A DNA stretch of 64,000 bases, from assembly GCA_051294905.1 (NCBI GenBank), contig CM119371.1, positions 28,150,001-28,214,000 on the forward strand, in the 5' to 3' direction. The notes beneath the pieces were generated by a model that saw only the letters and a list, made by a program, of their open reading frames with translations, did no database searches and was not told the DNA's origin. The DNA comes from Botryllus schlosseri (lineage: Eukaryota). The position numbers and the translations under genes were made by a program. Below are positions 13,604 to 26,639 of the stretch, piece after piece; within the stretch, counting starts at the first letter, position 1, and each line of letters opens with the position of its first letter.

Positions 13604-14181
13604 ATGGCCCCTTCCCAGCGTCGTAACGGCTCCAATGATAATATTTGCGAGGTGTGCGGAAAAAGCTTTATCCTCAAATGTAATCTGACAAGACACAAGA
13701 AAATTCATGCTGCGTCGAAGGATTTTGAGTGCGACATATGCGGTAAAAGCTTTTTGCAAAGATATGCAAGAGATGCAAGAGATCATTCAACACGAACTGC
13801 AACTTGAGAAATCACGTGAAAATTCACGCAGGGGTAAAAGATTTTGAGTGCGAATTCTGCGGCAAAGCATTTCGTACGAAGTCAAACCTTAATAGACACA
13901 TCAAGATGATACACTCGAAAACCAGAGGATACGAGTGCGATATATGCGAGAAAACATTTGCGCAAGAGTCTCACCTAAAGTGTCACTATTCCGTCCACAC
14001 GGAAAGGAAATACCCATGTGAAGTATGTGGGAAAATATTCAATAACATATCCAACTCGAGAAGACACATCAAGATTCACTTAGGAGTAAAAGAGCATGAG
14101 TGCGAAATATGCGAAAGAGCATTTAGTGAAAAGAGTTCTCTTCTGCGTCACTTACGAATCCACGGAAGCGACGGGAAGTAA
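13604..14181 (+). pseudogene. Frameshifted, contracted paralog of the C2H2 zinc-finger gene at 602-1732
   Basis: Same N-terminus (MAPSQRRNGSNDNICEVC) and C-terminus (RHLRIHGSDGK). A deletion from finger 2 into finger 3 at about 13761 shifts the frame. Fingers equivalent to 4-5 and 8-11 are absent. Confidence 0.85.
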
Positions 14182-15032
14182 AGATGCGAGAATCCGTGGA
14201 ACAATTAGGAGACGGATGGTCATGGATCCAGTGAATTCGTCTGTTACATCCGTGGAAAAGTTTTGATAAGTAGAAGTGATATCATATTACATCTTGGTAA
14301 GAATGAATTGGCGTGGTGAGGCATTGAGGTCGGTCGCAACATCGATTACATATGAGACCAATAACTATGCATATATCGCAGGGTAAGGCAATTTATGAGT
14401 AAGTAGACGTTTCGTGCAACCATTTTTAAACTAGTCTAGGAGATCTGGACAACTGAATTGGTCTCATTCAGACTACCGAAATCGAAATCTCGGTGAAATG
14501 TAATATCCCTGTTTGCGATGGAAGATTTCTTTTCAAATGTACATTGACGATCACACGATATCTGCAAGAAAGCGGTTATTATACGCATAGCTGTTGCTAA
14601 CAGCGTTCACGTTCAAGGATTATCGACGTTTTCTTCATCGGATGGTGCTTCATACTGTAGCGTACTGGGACTTCATACTATAGCGTTGCTACTTGAATCG
14701 GCTTATTGCTTGACTTGAAAGCCAGCACCCTTTGTTGAGCTTCCTCTTTCCGTTTTCGAACCGTTATCATCAGTATATTGTTATTATTCGTGCTGCAAGC
14801 ATCGCAGCGTTTTTTTTTTACTCGTTTTAATAAAAATGTTACTCTAATGTCTTAGCTTGATCAGTACAGAGTCTGCGGACGCAAGGTAACGAGCTATCGA
14901 ACACCTCGTCATAATGCTTATAGTAGATTTTGGTCCTAATGATGCAATCTATACTTCAGAACAAATCCTCCAGCGGCATACGGCTCTAAGCAGAGATTAC
15001 ACTATTTCGCTTACTATCAATATTATACAGGC

Positions 15033-15461
15033 CAGTGGTTCTCAAACTTTTTAGACATGCCCCATTTTTAATAGTGAGAACTTCGCGCCCCCGCTATCGT
15101 GATATCACATAATATTAAAGAGAGAAATCAGAATGATAGCAATCCCAACGTTACGTGGCATTGAAGGTTATGTGAAGAGCTTCTTGGAGGTACAGAACTT
15201 CAATATACAATTGAACAGTATATTCATATTGAAATCAATCCGAATATTTTCGGCTGACACTCGTCAGGGGTAATCGGCAGCAACTAGTAGAAGGTTATGT
15301 CTATTGCTGACAGAATTATAAAATATTACATCTGGACCGTAGACAAAGTAACTACCACGAGGTAGAAGTAAATTGCGATTAGCTCGAATTTTTTTTTCAG
15401 GTAACTGTGGCTTCGCGCCCCCTTCAGATGCTTCCACGACCCCCCAGTTTCAGAACCACTG
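15033..15461. mobile_element. hAT-type MITE
   Basis: CAGTGGTTCTCAAAC...GTTTCAGAACCACTG; degenerate TSD ATACAGGC/ATATAGAC. Confidence 0.78.
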
Positions 15462-16822
15462 ATATAGACGCTGATGACTATCGGAATTGCTTACCTTTCA
15501 GTCTAAACCGCAGTGTCAGTGTCAACGTGCATTATGGGCAGTATTTATTCAGTATCAACTGCTCACATTTTTTATCGTATGTGAACGACGAACATGCTTG
15601 AGTGCAACCTGCTGTCTGGTCGGAAATTGATCTAACAATCGGGGCCAGGTGAGAAACTGAGCGCTGTGTTATAGAGATTGGGCGATTGCGATTACTGCTC
15701 AGGGTTGTGATGGCTCGAGTCATGACTTGACTCGAACAAAGGCTGGTTGTTCAACTGCCAATTTCAAGCTGTCCCCGTGCGAGTCGAATTATTAACGAGA
15801 GTTGATCATTATACTCATGAAACAGGCCCGCGGATAATGCAATAATACATTAGAATTAGAATGTTCACATGGCTCGGAAAAATTTATAAATTACGATAGA
15901 CTATGATGAATCTTACGAGTTATATCTTCGCTTCATGGAGACACGGACAATCAGCTATAAACCATTTGTGTAAAATTGCCGACACGCCCTAGGGCAAGCG
16001 CATAATCTAGGTCGGTGGTATTGGGATTAATTAGTCTATTTCAACAACGTGCTTCTTCAAGCATGAAAAGGGGAGAGTTGATGGTAATCACTTCCAGTGG
16101 TAGTCAGTGTGATAGATACAAGGCCGTAAACTGTGCCATCCGTGTTATTGCTATCAGAACACTTATATAGCAGCGTCGTGAAAGAGTAGGGCACGTATTG
16201 TATATTTAGATTGTTATGGTCGCTTCTGTTGTTTTGATTTTTGTCGTTGTAGTAGATGAGAATCGTTCGAGTATGGTTGGAAAGTTGAAATCAAGAGTTG
16301 TGTTACTGTCCTATGCTGTCATTTATATATTTAATTATCTTGTCCGGCACGCATATTTAATACCTAGTTTGAAATAACGCTAGCGCATTCTGTCTAGCAT
16401 CGTCTTTTACTGCGCTATTAATTCTATGAAACAATGTGTTTCATTTCGTATAGTATATCTGATTATTATCGGCTTACGTTCAATAATTCGTGATACGTAC
16501 ATATTACTACGTCTGATTTGTACAGAAATTAATCGCCCTGTAGCTGACAGATGTCGCAGTGATTTACGTTCTCGATGAGTGTGTAAGGTGCAGCATTACA
16601 GCACACCACGGCTCTCGCCTCTCTTTATCGCATGCCGCTGTGCAGTGCAATCGATTCTCGCTAAGGAGGCACTGATAATACGAATTGCTGAATTGCGAAT
16701 GAGCGAAGAAATATTCGATATATATACGATCGGCATTTCATACAGACGTTTAATAAACGAAGTTAATAAGGTCAAGAATTTGTTTTCCAAGTGAGTCTAT
16801 TCCCAACCAGAAGGCCCTAAAT

Positions 16823-17592
16823 CAGCGGTTCTCAACCGGGGGTCCGCGAAGCATTTCTAGGGGGTCCGCGAAGCCTCTATAGATTTGTAAAAAAATTATA
16901 TTAGGGAAAACATGAGACAGTTTCGCTTCATAATTGCTAAATACTCAGGAATCAGATCATTCGAATGGTTCTCTGGAATAAAATATCCTACTGCACAAAC
17001 TCATTTCAATTGGCGAATTGCCAATAGCCTACTAACACAATCATATTGCTGATTAGAGACGCTTTGTTGGGGTCGTTTGAAATGGCAATTCCTGATTTTT
17101 TTTGTTAACAAGTCCCAATCAAAGGATTGAAACATCGCAACGAAGTCCATTTTCTACAATAATATACATAACCACTATTCCATAATAACTTCAAGATGAG
17201 ATGCTATAGTTATAAATGACTAGGCTGGATGTTATATGTTAATTAAAAACTGTGCTCTTCAATTTTGAGGCCATATATGCCGTGATCACACCGAAAGGTG
17301 TCGTTGTAAGCGTGACGCGAGTAATATTACATTCGTCAGAACCTATATTTGTGGAAACATTTTCGGTACTCGTTTTTATCAAATCGAAGACTCGGATTTT
17401 CATAACAATGTAGTATGATGTTATTTTCATCCAAAGTCATTTTTTGGCTGTTGATCAAAAGCCTACAGTTAATATTTGCGCAAGACAGATGACGATTGTA
17501 CGATAATGGAGCTGATTTTGATCGAAAATTTGAGGGGGTCCGCGAAGTCCCCGACGGCCCAAAAGGGGTCCGCGAAGAGAAAAAGGTTGCTG
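16823..17592. mobile_element. hAT-type MITE, right TIR internally deleted
   Basis: CAGCGGTTCTCAACC start; GGGGTCCGCGAAG repeated twice at each end; perfect TSD CCCTAAAT. Confidence 0.88.
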
Positions 17593-19379
17593 CCCTAAAT
17601 TCACCACAATTGGGGTATTCTCCATCAGTTGGAAACACCTGCATAAGAATATATCTTCAAATACAACTTTACATGACTACAATAATTTTGCGACAGCTGA
17701 TCAAATGTCTATTTTCTCTGCTAATCTGTGGGTCACACTATTTAGCTTCATTAGTCAATATCAAGGTGTCCGCTGTCCATCAGAAATACACAGATTTCTT
17801 GAAGTTACAATGCGTGTTGTAGGCCTGCAGATCGTGAAGTCGCTTCAAGGCAAGCTAGATATTGCGAGATGAGCCTCCTCTCAAAGCGCGGAAAATTATT
17901 TCCAAGTTCAACAAATTGATAAAAGTATTCATGTAACTACTACATTCTCAGAGTCTACGATTTTAAAACTACATCGGCTATTTACGTAGTGGAAATTACG
18001 ATAAGCGAAATGCAATTGTAACGCGACAGCGGTCAAATATCATTCCTTTTTAATAATTAACCATAGTATTATTTTCATTCATATGCACGTAGCGAAACCT
18101 TGTTGTCTTCGAATAGATGTCAACCGGGATGGGTGAGTCATGAATCACAATTTGAGATATGAACATAGACAGTGAGCAATTTTATGTGGTATGCAATCAA
18201 TTTGACAAATCGAAAGTAGTATTATTGTCATGGTTCTGGCAAAACTGTCAAAGAATGGAAGTATGGAAAACACATTCCATACCATACTTAGAAAATTTCC
18301 ATAGCATACCATACTTGCACTCTTCAATATTCCATACCGAAATTTCGTTCCATACCATACGATACTTTCATACCATACCATGCCATACCATGCCCTGTTA
18401 CCAGGTAACCAGACTTGGACAACTAGATAATTGTAGTTGTCTACATTCATAAATTAGAGCGAAATGCCAGTAATCATATTTTATTCTAATTTTTGAAATG
18501 TTACCATGCTCTAATTCTAATTCTAATCTTATTTGTGAAATGTTATTATGCTTTAATACTAGTTTAATTTGTGAAATTTCCCTATGCTCTAATTTCAGTT
18601 CTAATCTAATTTATTGTTTGAAAATGCGTCTTTGTCCGAAGCATTTTACAGCGAGGGAAATCCAGTGCGAAGCCGCAATCGCCTTACTTACTCCGTGCAG
18701 TCATATAGTAACCTATAGTTATAGTGACGAGTAATAGCCTACTAGCATAGTAGCCTGTAGGCTGCGAACAACATTCTAGTTTTAAAACTTTACGTTAGTA
18801 GATGTTAGTACAACGCCGTGCTGACTAAAACGGACGATGCTCATGGTTACCTCAAAAGAAGTAATATTTTAAAAAGTAGTACAAATGCAACAATAAATAC
18901 CATGATCATAAACGTCATTTTATTTTGAACTGAGAGCTGCGCACGATACCCTACAACGCTTTCCAACAAATAATGGATCAATATTGGGGCTAGCCAGATA
19001 TGTTACTAGCTGAAAGACAATCTCATCCTAAAGATTGATTTTGTGGGGACGTCATATGCCGTTTTCTAAGCATCTCTGTCTTGTCAGTGTCTGGGCCATT
19101 GCAAGTCAAGGCGATAAGCTTAATGATATCAGCTGATATCTAGTTCTAGTTCTAATTTTACATTTCGAAACGCGAGAAGTGATAGTTCTAGTTACGGATT
19201 GTGTGAGTAGGTCTAGTTTTGTTTTGGTTGTGGATTTCAAAAAGTAAGTAGTTCGAGTTACAGTTATAGTTGCATATTTAAAATAATATTAGTTGCCGAA
19301 CATCAAAAAAACAGGTGTCATCATTTGGTGTGAATCGTGATACCGGTGTTCTGTTGTGTATGATGTTCTTACCTGTAGG

Positions 19380-19803
19380 CAGTGGTGACTTTTTAGGTGG
19401 GCGAGGTGGACGGTCGCCCGGGGCCTCCTGGTCGAAGGCCCCCTCTCTCTGGTTTATGCGCTATTGTCAGGTATAATAGCGAATAAACATGGAAATCCGT
19501 GTACCAAGCAAGAATATGTTTCCGTACAGATGTGTCAATCATCATCGAATCTCTGCATTTGTTAGAAAAGTCCCGTATCCCTGTAATCATCACGTCTCTG
19601 CATGCGGTAGAATAACGTAGTCTATCCTTGCACATATGCAATATTAGATATGGTCCAATCCAGCATATGGCCAAACCTTGACGCGGTGAAAGATAGATAT
19701 CTATAACAGACGCGAAAGGGGGGTCCCCCGTTTAGATACTTATAGGGGGGCCCGCGGTAAGTCTCGCCCCCCCCCCCACACCCCGTTCATAGGGCCACCA
19801 CTG
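19380..19803. mobile_element. hAT-type MITE
   Basis: CAGTGGTG...CACCACTG; TSD CCTGTAGG/CCTGTAGC. Confidence 0.82.
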
Positions 19804-20227
19804 CCTGTAGCTATTGTCAGCTCATAGTCAATAAAACGAACAGTGAAGTAGCCAGGGGAGGATGTTGAGATCGAATTCCTGTCATTTCAAAATCGAAACG
19901 GCGTCCCTTTGAAATGCTGATACTATATGTCCAATATTTCCGATATAATAAAAATTAATCAGTTTCCTCGAGCAGTATGGAGATCTAAACCTATATTGTC
20001 GGTTTGTTTTATTCACACACAACAGTGGCGCTTGTCACCTATAAGGTCATTTGCGCCACTACAGTGATTTGAGTTATTACCGGGGTCTTTTTGGTATTTG
20101 TGATATTTCGGACGACTTCCGTTCTCGACCTTTTTCACCATCGGACTCTCTCGTTTTCATGCTCTTTACTGCCGACTTTTGGCTCGGCTCATCTTCACTC
20201 TGGGATTTTGAAACACCGCTATGACAC

Positions 20228-21033
20228 CAATGTTGGGATGACTCGAGTCACCTTTTTCGCCTGACTTGACTTGTCTTGGCATTTCAGAAATGTGGATTGA
20301 CTCGTGACTCAGAACTAAATTTACTAATCTATTCAAGTCATCGAGTAGTTGGTGTCGATCACAGTCACCGTATCTCGCATATTTGCCAATGGTTCGCAAT
20401 AACCTGGTGTGGCCTGTGAGAGCAAACGAAATGATCGGAGCTTACTGCTTGCGTTGTCGTAAAGTAGTAGGAAAATAATCGAATATAAAAGTATATATCT
20501 CTGTTCTATAGACTGCTCATTGTGGTCAGTGCTCACCTCAACCAAACCTGCTGCATGATTTATATCGAATTTGTATGGAGTTTGTAAGTTTATGTTACTC
20601 GTCAACCACTGACGCGGGCATAAATTGAATGTTATAGATGTGTAGGTGATTATGTATTGCATCATATTAATTCGTTTGAACTTTCTGAGGTTTCGTATTC
20701 CATCCTCTATGTTGTCTGATAATTATCGACTGAGGCTATTCAGTTACTTGTGCGTAGTTTAGCATTTTTTCATTTATATTTAACTCTATATTCGTTCAAA
20801 TCGATTGTAAATAAATGGCGACTTTCAAACAGCCATTAAAATCCAATCACGTAATCATGCCTCGCATTTCGAAAAGGCAACTTGACTTGAATTGGGACTT
20901 GAGTCGTGACTTGTCTTGACTCGATTTCACTCGAGTATCAACCTATAATCGTGTGACTTGACTTAACTCGAGTCATCTTCAAATATCGATTGACTTGACT
21001 TGACTCGAAGATAGTGACTTGTTCCCAACACTG
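20228..21033. mobile_element. hAT-type MITE with GACTT/GACTC subterminal arrays
   Basis: CAATGTTGGGA...TCCCAACACTG; TSD TATGACAC/TATGTCAC; related pieces at about 15715, 27170 and 55385-55770. Confidence 0.82.
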
Positions 21034-22429
21034 TATGTCACGTGACAGAGACTCAGTGAGGTCAGCGATGAGGGGACCAGATAAACCTCCGACACATAAA
21101 TTGTAGTCCAAACCCACTTTTATTAATGTTGTGACGATGGCGTCTTAACCTACTGCGCCAGTCGCTTCCCCGTCTTAACCTTTGTTGACCTGGGAACCCT
21201 TACGCCAATCTGCAAGCCAGCGGGGAACCCCTAATTTTCACTGACTAATAAAATCACAAATTTACCTCTTTACACATCTAACTACGCATTTCGGAAGTTA
21301 CTATGTATTACTAGTGCTCGAAACCATTAAAACATGATTTCCACACCATGCGAGAACATCATAATGTTGTTTATTGTTAATCATAGGCCAGAGTCCGGAA
21401 AAATACAAGCTTTTTCATCTAAAAATTTGTCAGTTGTCAAAAACATTATTTTAGGCCCATCAAGAAGCCCATGATGAAAAATTGTGATATAGACAGCATT
21501 GTCAGAATGAAGCAACACGGTTTTTCAGCAGCAGTGTACGCAAAACTTCAGGGTTATCAGCAAACACAGCAGGGAAATACACTTTCTACCCGAGAATGTA
21601 GTGAAGTATCTTTTGTTGTACTAAAACAAATTTTAAATATTTCTACCATAATACGTGATGTAACTACTGGAATTCTTCATAGACCAGATTCCGGAAAATA
21701 CAAGCTTCTTCATCTAAAAATTAGTCAGTTGTCAAAAACATTAATTTAGGATTAACTACTTCGTAAGGACTAACAGTTTCAATCAGAAATGAAGATAAGT
21801 GGAACTATTCTACAATCATGTGCGAAAACACTTAATTTGTATTCAAATTATGTTTTTTTTAGGTCAAAAATGCCAAAATTCTAGTTTTTAGGTCAATATC
21901 TTCTGTTTGGGGTCAAAAAATTGCCCTACTAATCAGTATGACATCTGCTGTTCTTTTCAGAGACAATTTCATATAGTCTCGGGGCTTCAAATTATGACAG
22001 TAAAGCGCCATCGTGTTGTCCAGTCCTAAGTTCCCATTTCGAACAACAACCTACGCCACGGCACACGACGTACCAATAAAGCAGTCACAATTCGAATGCT
22101 GATCGAACATAATTGCCTGCAACCAATGTTGGTCAAAACGGGCTTGTCTTTGCAAATCATATTGATGAGTTTAGTGTGTGCCGTGACCTCTGGGGATCCC
22201 GCTGAGACTGGATCACGGAACCCTGCGGCTTTCGAGAAAACACGATCTCGTTAGTTGTGCTTTAATTAGTTAGTTGCGGATTTTTAAATGTCGTTAGTTA
22301 TAGTTCCTGCTATAATGACGAGTTTTAAAAAGTGGGTGGTTTTAGTTGTAGTGGAGGTTGCATTTAAAAGAAAATGTGCTTCAAACAAATGCCTTTTAAA
22401 ATAAACTAATTGTGCGAGTTCTTTCGAAA

Positions 22430-22740
22430 AACATGTGTGGCATGAGCCTATACGGACGATTCGCACCCAACAGAGTCGACGTATACGATATGGAGTGGCT
22501 GGAACCCCCGGAATCTTCGTCTGTTCGACAGTTGCAGAAAGTAGATGTAGATCATTGTTACGGGATGGGTGTTCTGATGATGGTGACAGCCGACCGTAAA
22601 ATTGCTACATAGCAGTGTAGTCCTGCCATGGTTGAAGATATTTTTGGTCTGTTATGACGGTGGTCGGAAGCCTGTTTCGTCGAAGGAGCCATATTTACCT
22701 TATATTTTCAATTGTGAATGACAATCCAAAGTTTTGCTCC
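22430..22740 (-). mobile_element. Decayed LINE APE-endonuclease-like fragment (second copy at about 42900-43190)
   Basis: The minus strand gives GR...MIYIYxLxLxNRRRF then, after a frameshift, TLLGAN (TIIGAD in the other copy). This resembles the GR...IYAP...R..F...iiGDFN pattern of L1-clade endonucleases. Many differences between the copies are synonymous in this frame. Confidence 0.45.
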
Positions 22741-23067
22741 CACCATTACTTTGTACTTCTACCACAGGTAGTGTTGACATGCTCTGAAAATCTCTACTTC
22801 CGCTTTTGATTGATAAGAATCAGATGTTAATATAGTTCTACTTCTATTTGAGTACTAGTATTAACTATTTTGACTACATCTTGATATGTTTTAACGAATA
22901 ATGATATTCTGTGATTCGAAAAAGCATATCTTTTTATGATATAATCTTTTGAAAATTCTAGAACGCAGCAATATTCTAACTTTACCACGATATTTGATGA
23001 AAGACCGATAAATCGAATTGAATGCTCATCGCAGCTTACGTCGCAAAGTATACTCGCAAAGTTTGAA

Positions 23068-24453
23068 ATGGCCCATTCCCAACATCGTAAAGGCTACAAT
23101 GATAATATTTGCGAGGTATGTGGAATGGGATTTATCATCAAATATTATCTGACAAGACACATGAAAATTCACGCCCCTACGAAGGAGTTTGAATGCGAGA
23201 TATGCGGAAAAAGCTTTGTGCAAAGGCCTTATCTAATAACTCATCTCGCGTCCCACGCGACGAAGAAAGAATATAAGTGTGACATATGCGGGAGATCATT
23301 CAACGCTAGATGGAGCTTGAAGAAACATGTGAGCATCCACGCCGGGGTGAAAGATGATTGTGAGTGCGAAATTTGCGGCAAAGGTTTCGCTAGTAAGGGT
23401 TATTTGAAAACACATTTTCTGAGTCATACTGGAGCCAAAGATTACAAGTGTCATATATGCAGCAAAGCTTTCGCAGACAAAAGTACTCTTAGAAGTCATC
23501 AGTTGATTCATATCAAGGCGAAAGTTTACGAGTGCAATATATGCGGAAAATGTTTCCGACATAAAAGTACACGGAACACTCATTACTTGATTCATAAAAA
23601 GTCGAAAGATTACGTGTGTCAGGTATGCGGCAAAGGTTTCCGAAGCAAATGTGACCTGAAAAGTCATTTTTCGATTCATATTGCAGCCAAAGATTACGAG
23701 TGCCGAATATGCGCAAAAGGATTCAAAACAGGATCTCACCTGGAAAGTCACTATTTGATTCACATCGGAGATAAGAGACATAAGTGCAAAATTTGCGGGA
23801 AGGCATTTCGTTGGAAATCGAACCTTAAGGGACACGTGAAGGTGATGCACTTGAATATGAAAGAATATGAGTGTGATATATGTGGGAAAGCATTTTTGCA
23901 AGAGAATCATCTAAGATATCACTATGCAGCCCATATGGATAAAAAATACCAGTGCGAGGTATGTGGGAAACCATTCGATCTTAAATCCAATATGGAAAAA
24001 CACATGAACGTTCACGTCGGATTGAAAGAGGGTGAATGCGATGTATGTGCGAAACCATACGTAAACAAGTCGCAATTAAGAGCACACATGAAATTTCACG
24101 CCGGATTGAAAGAGTTTGAATGTGAGATTTGTGGCACAGTATTCGGATCGAAGTCGTACGTTCAGATACACATGGAGTCAACGCACTTAAACACGAAAGG
24201 ATATGAGTGCGATACATGCGGTAAAGTCTTTCGGCAACAATCAAACCTTAGAGCTCACTATTCCATCCACACGGAAATGAAATACCCGTGTGCAGTATGC
24301 GGGAAAATATTCAATGTCAAATCCTACTTGAAAATCCACAGCAAGATTCACTCGGGATTAATAGAGTATGAGTGCGATATATGCGAAAGGATGTTCGGTG
24401 TAAAGAGTTCTCTTCTTCGTCACTTGCGAATCCACGGACGAGACGGGAAGTAA
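23068..24453 (+). CDS. Polydactyl C2H2 zinc-finger protein, 461 aa, 16 fingers, single coding exon, no effector domain visible
   Basis: Intact ORF of 16 tandem C2H2 units, colinear with 602-1732 plus three extra fingers; homologous 5' and 3' flanks. Confidence 0.95.
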   Translation: MAHSQHRKGYNDNICEVCGMGFIIKYYLTRHMKIHAPTKEFECEICGKSFVQRPYLITHLASHATKKEYKCDICGRSFNARWSLKKHVSIHAGVKDDCECEICGKGFASKGYLKTHFLSHTGAKDYKCHICSKAFADKSTLRSHQLIHIKAKVYECNICGKCFRHKSTRNTHYLIHKKSKDYVCQVCGKGFRSKCDLKSHFSIHIAAKDYECRICAKGFKTGSHLESHYLIHIGDKRHKCKICGKAFRWKSNLKGHVKVMHLNMKEYECDICGKAFLQENHLRYHYAAHMDKKYQCEVCGKPFDLKSNMEKHMNVHVGLKEGECDVCAKPYVNKSQLRAHMKFHAGLKEFECEICGTVFGSKSYVQIHMESTHLNTKGYECDTCGKVFRQQSNLRAHYSIHTEMKYPCAVCGKIFNVKSYLKIHSKIHSGLIEYECDICERMFGVKSSLLRHLRIHGRDGK

Positions 24454-26639
24454 GGATGCGACAATTCGTGGGACAAATCGAAGACGGTTCGCTGTGGTAG
24501 AAATTGTCATCGCAACCTGAATATTCGTCCGCTGCATCCGTGGAGACGTTTTGATAAGTAGAAGTGATATCTTGGTAACAATGAATTAGCCTGCTATGGT
24601 ATTGGTGTCGGTCGCAGCATTGAATGCATATACGGGACTAATAAACATTATTATAATGCAGCGTAAACCAATTCAAGAGTAGGTACTAAGTAGACGCTTC
24701 GCACAACCACTGTAAATTAGAATAGAGGGCCGGGGCTATGGAATTGATCTGATTCATACTATACCGAAAGAGGATGGCAATAACTGTGTTTGCGACAAGT
24801 TGATGTATTCTCATTTGAAATGTAAATTGGGGATTTTATGATATTTTGAAGAGCAATGAAATTTCACGCGAACGCTCGCTGATAGCCCTTGAGCGTGTTC
24901 TTTTGAGGATTAGCGATGTTTTCTTTATGACATGGTGCTTCATGCTTCTAGTATATTTTACGTTGTCATCAAAGCTATGCTTCAGGAAGTGCAAGTTCGC
25001 GAGCTTGATGCGGCCCATTGCCGCCATGTCAGCATGCATTGGGCAGTAGTTATTTAGTATCAACTGTTCGAATTTAAAACAATGTAAACAAAACAATGAA
25101 TACAATGCTTTTTAATGTGTAGGGTACTCTGCGTCAACGACCAGCTAACGTGCGGCTTATTGCCTGGTTTCGTGTGTCCTTTCCTTTGCTCGTCAATGGA
25201 AATGGTGATTTATGCAAGTCGACTATGTAACTTTTCAACTCGCAACGACGAATGTCGCATTACGGCCGCTATCAATATCTTATTGTCGCGAATACTTGTC
25301 CCATGGTTTGTGACCGACGTGAACCCGCATATAGCAGTATTTTTTAATACCAATTGCTCGAATTTTGTGTTGAATATGAACGACAAACATGCTGCTTGAG
25401 CTTGAGTGCGGTCAGTTTTGTGGCCGGAATTTCATCTGACAATCGGGTGCTGCGTTCTAGACAAAGGGCAATTACTGCTTTAATGTAATCGATAACAATT
25501 ACAGATTGCGATATTAGTGGTTCCCAACCTTTTTCGACTCATTGCCCCTTATCCAGCTCGACACAAATCCACCGCATCCGAAAAAGAGGACATATAGGCT
25601 AAACAGGAAATCTGTTCACCTATTTCTCATCGCTGATGAATTGACCACAGAAGACATTTTCTGAGTATCTGCTCGAAAGACTGGTTTCCGTTGAGTTGAC
25701 CTCTTTGTTTTGTCAACTTTCGCGACATATGCAGAATCGTGTAGATCGTGTAAACATGTTCATGCCAATCCGTGACTAGCACCAATGGCCTCATCGACAA
25801 ATGGTTACTCCATCTCTTAAACGAAGGCGACTGATCAATGACGAGCCTTGGGTGGAAAGGCGTTTCATGGTATCTGTTATATTGACGTTAAAGTGGAATG
25901 ACATATATTTCTACAACGGAATCGGGCTTGAAAAAAAGGTATGAGCAGTGACGACGTCCACAAATGCTACTGTACCGTATCTAATTTAAATGATAATTAA
26001 TGAGCAATATTTTTCGTAGCCTACATATTTACAACTCCTATTTATTAGCAACCTTCATATGGTGTGGGCGGATCGACAAATTTCCTGGTCCGAATCCAAC
26101 CATGTTACTCTAAAACGTAATTCGGTTCCTATCTGGAACCGGTCGCATTAAAAAAAAAGTAATTCCGGCTCCGGTCCTGCACCGGTCCAAAATTAAAACA
26201 TTCTGCTAATATCCGCTTTGTTTGAAGCTCAATCCTGTGTCATGAACAGCGCGAATCCGGTTCGACTACAGAGATGCTCCAGCCCCGGTCAAGAATTAAA
26301 AAAAATCCGATCGATAGCCACTGCTGTTCCACTCCATGCTCCGCTCTCCTGGCATATAGCCTAAGATAGATTGATTCATTTGACTCACAGACGTTTAACT
26401 GTACGGAGGATGCATTTTAGTTCCACACAAGTGATACAGATCGTAGCAATTTATATGTGCTGGTTGTGGTGACATCATTGTGCCAGTAAAAGGCATACTG
26501 AGACTGTCATGTCGCTACTGAAGGAATCAACCTTGTCGAAAATGTTAATGAAAATGGACCGCAGCAGATAAAGGATTGCTGCTGATAATCTGATTATTAG
26601 ACACAAGTCAGCGTATATTTCCCGTACGTTGATCAGAGT

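Noticed and set aside
18230..18397. ACCAT/TACCA-rich tract with overlapping ORFs
   Set aside because: Low-complexity MITE-like subterminal array; the ORFs are by-products of the repeat.
23296..23910. Long antisense ORFs over the ZNF genes (also 666-995, 920-1294, 23981-24244)
   Set aside because: Shadows of the repetitive zinc-finger codons; no independent protein features.
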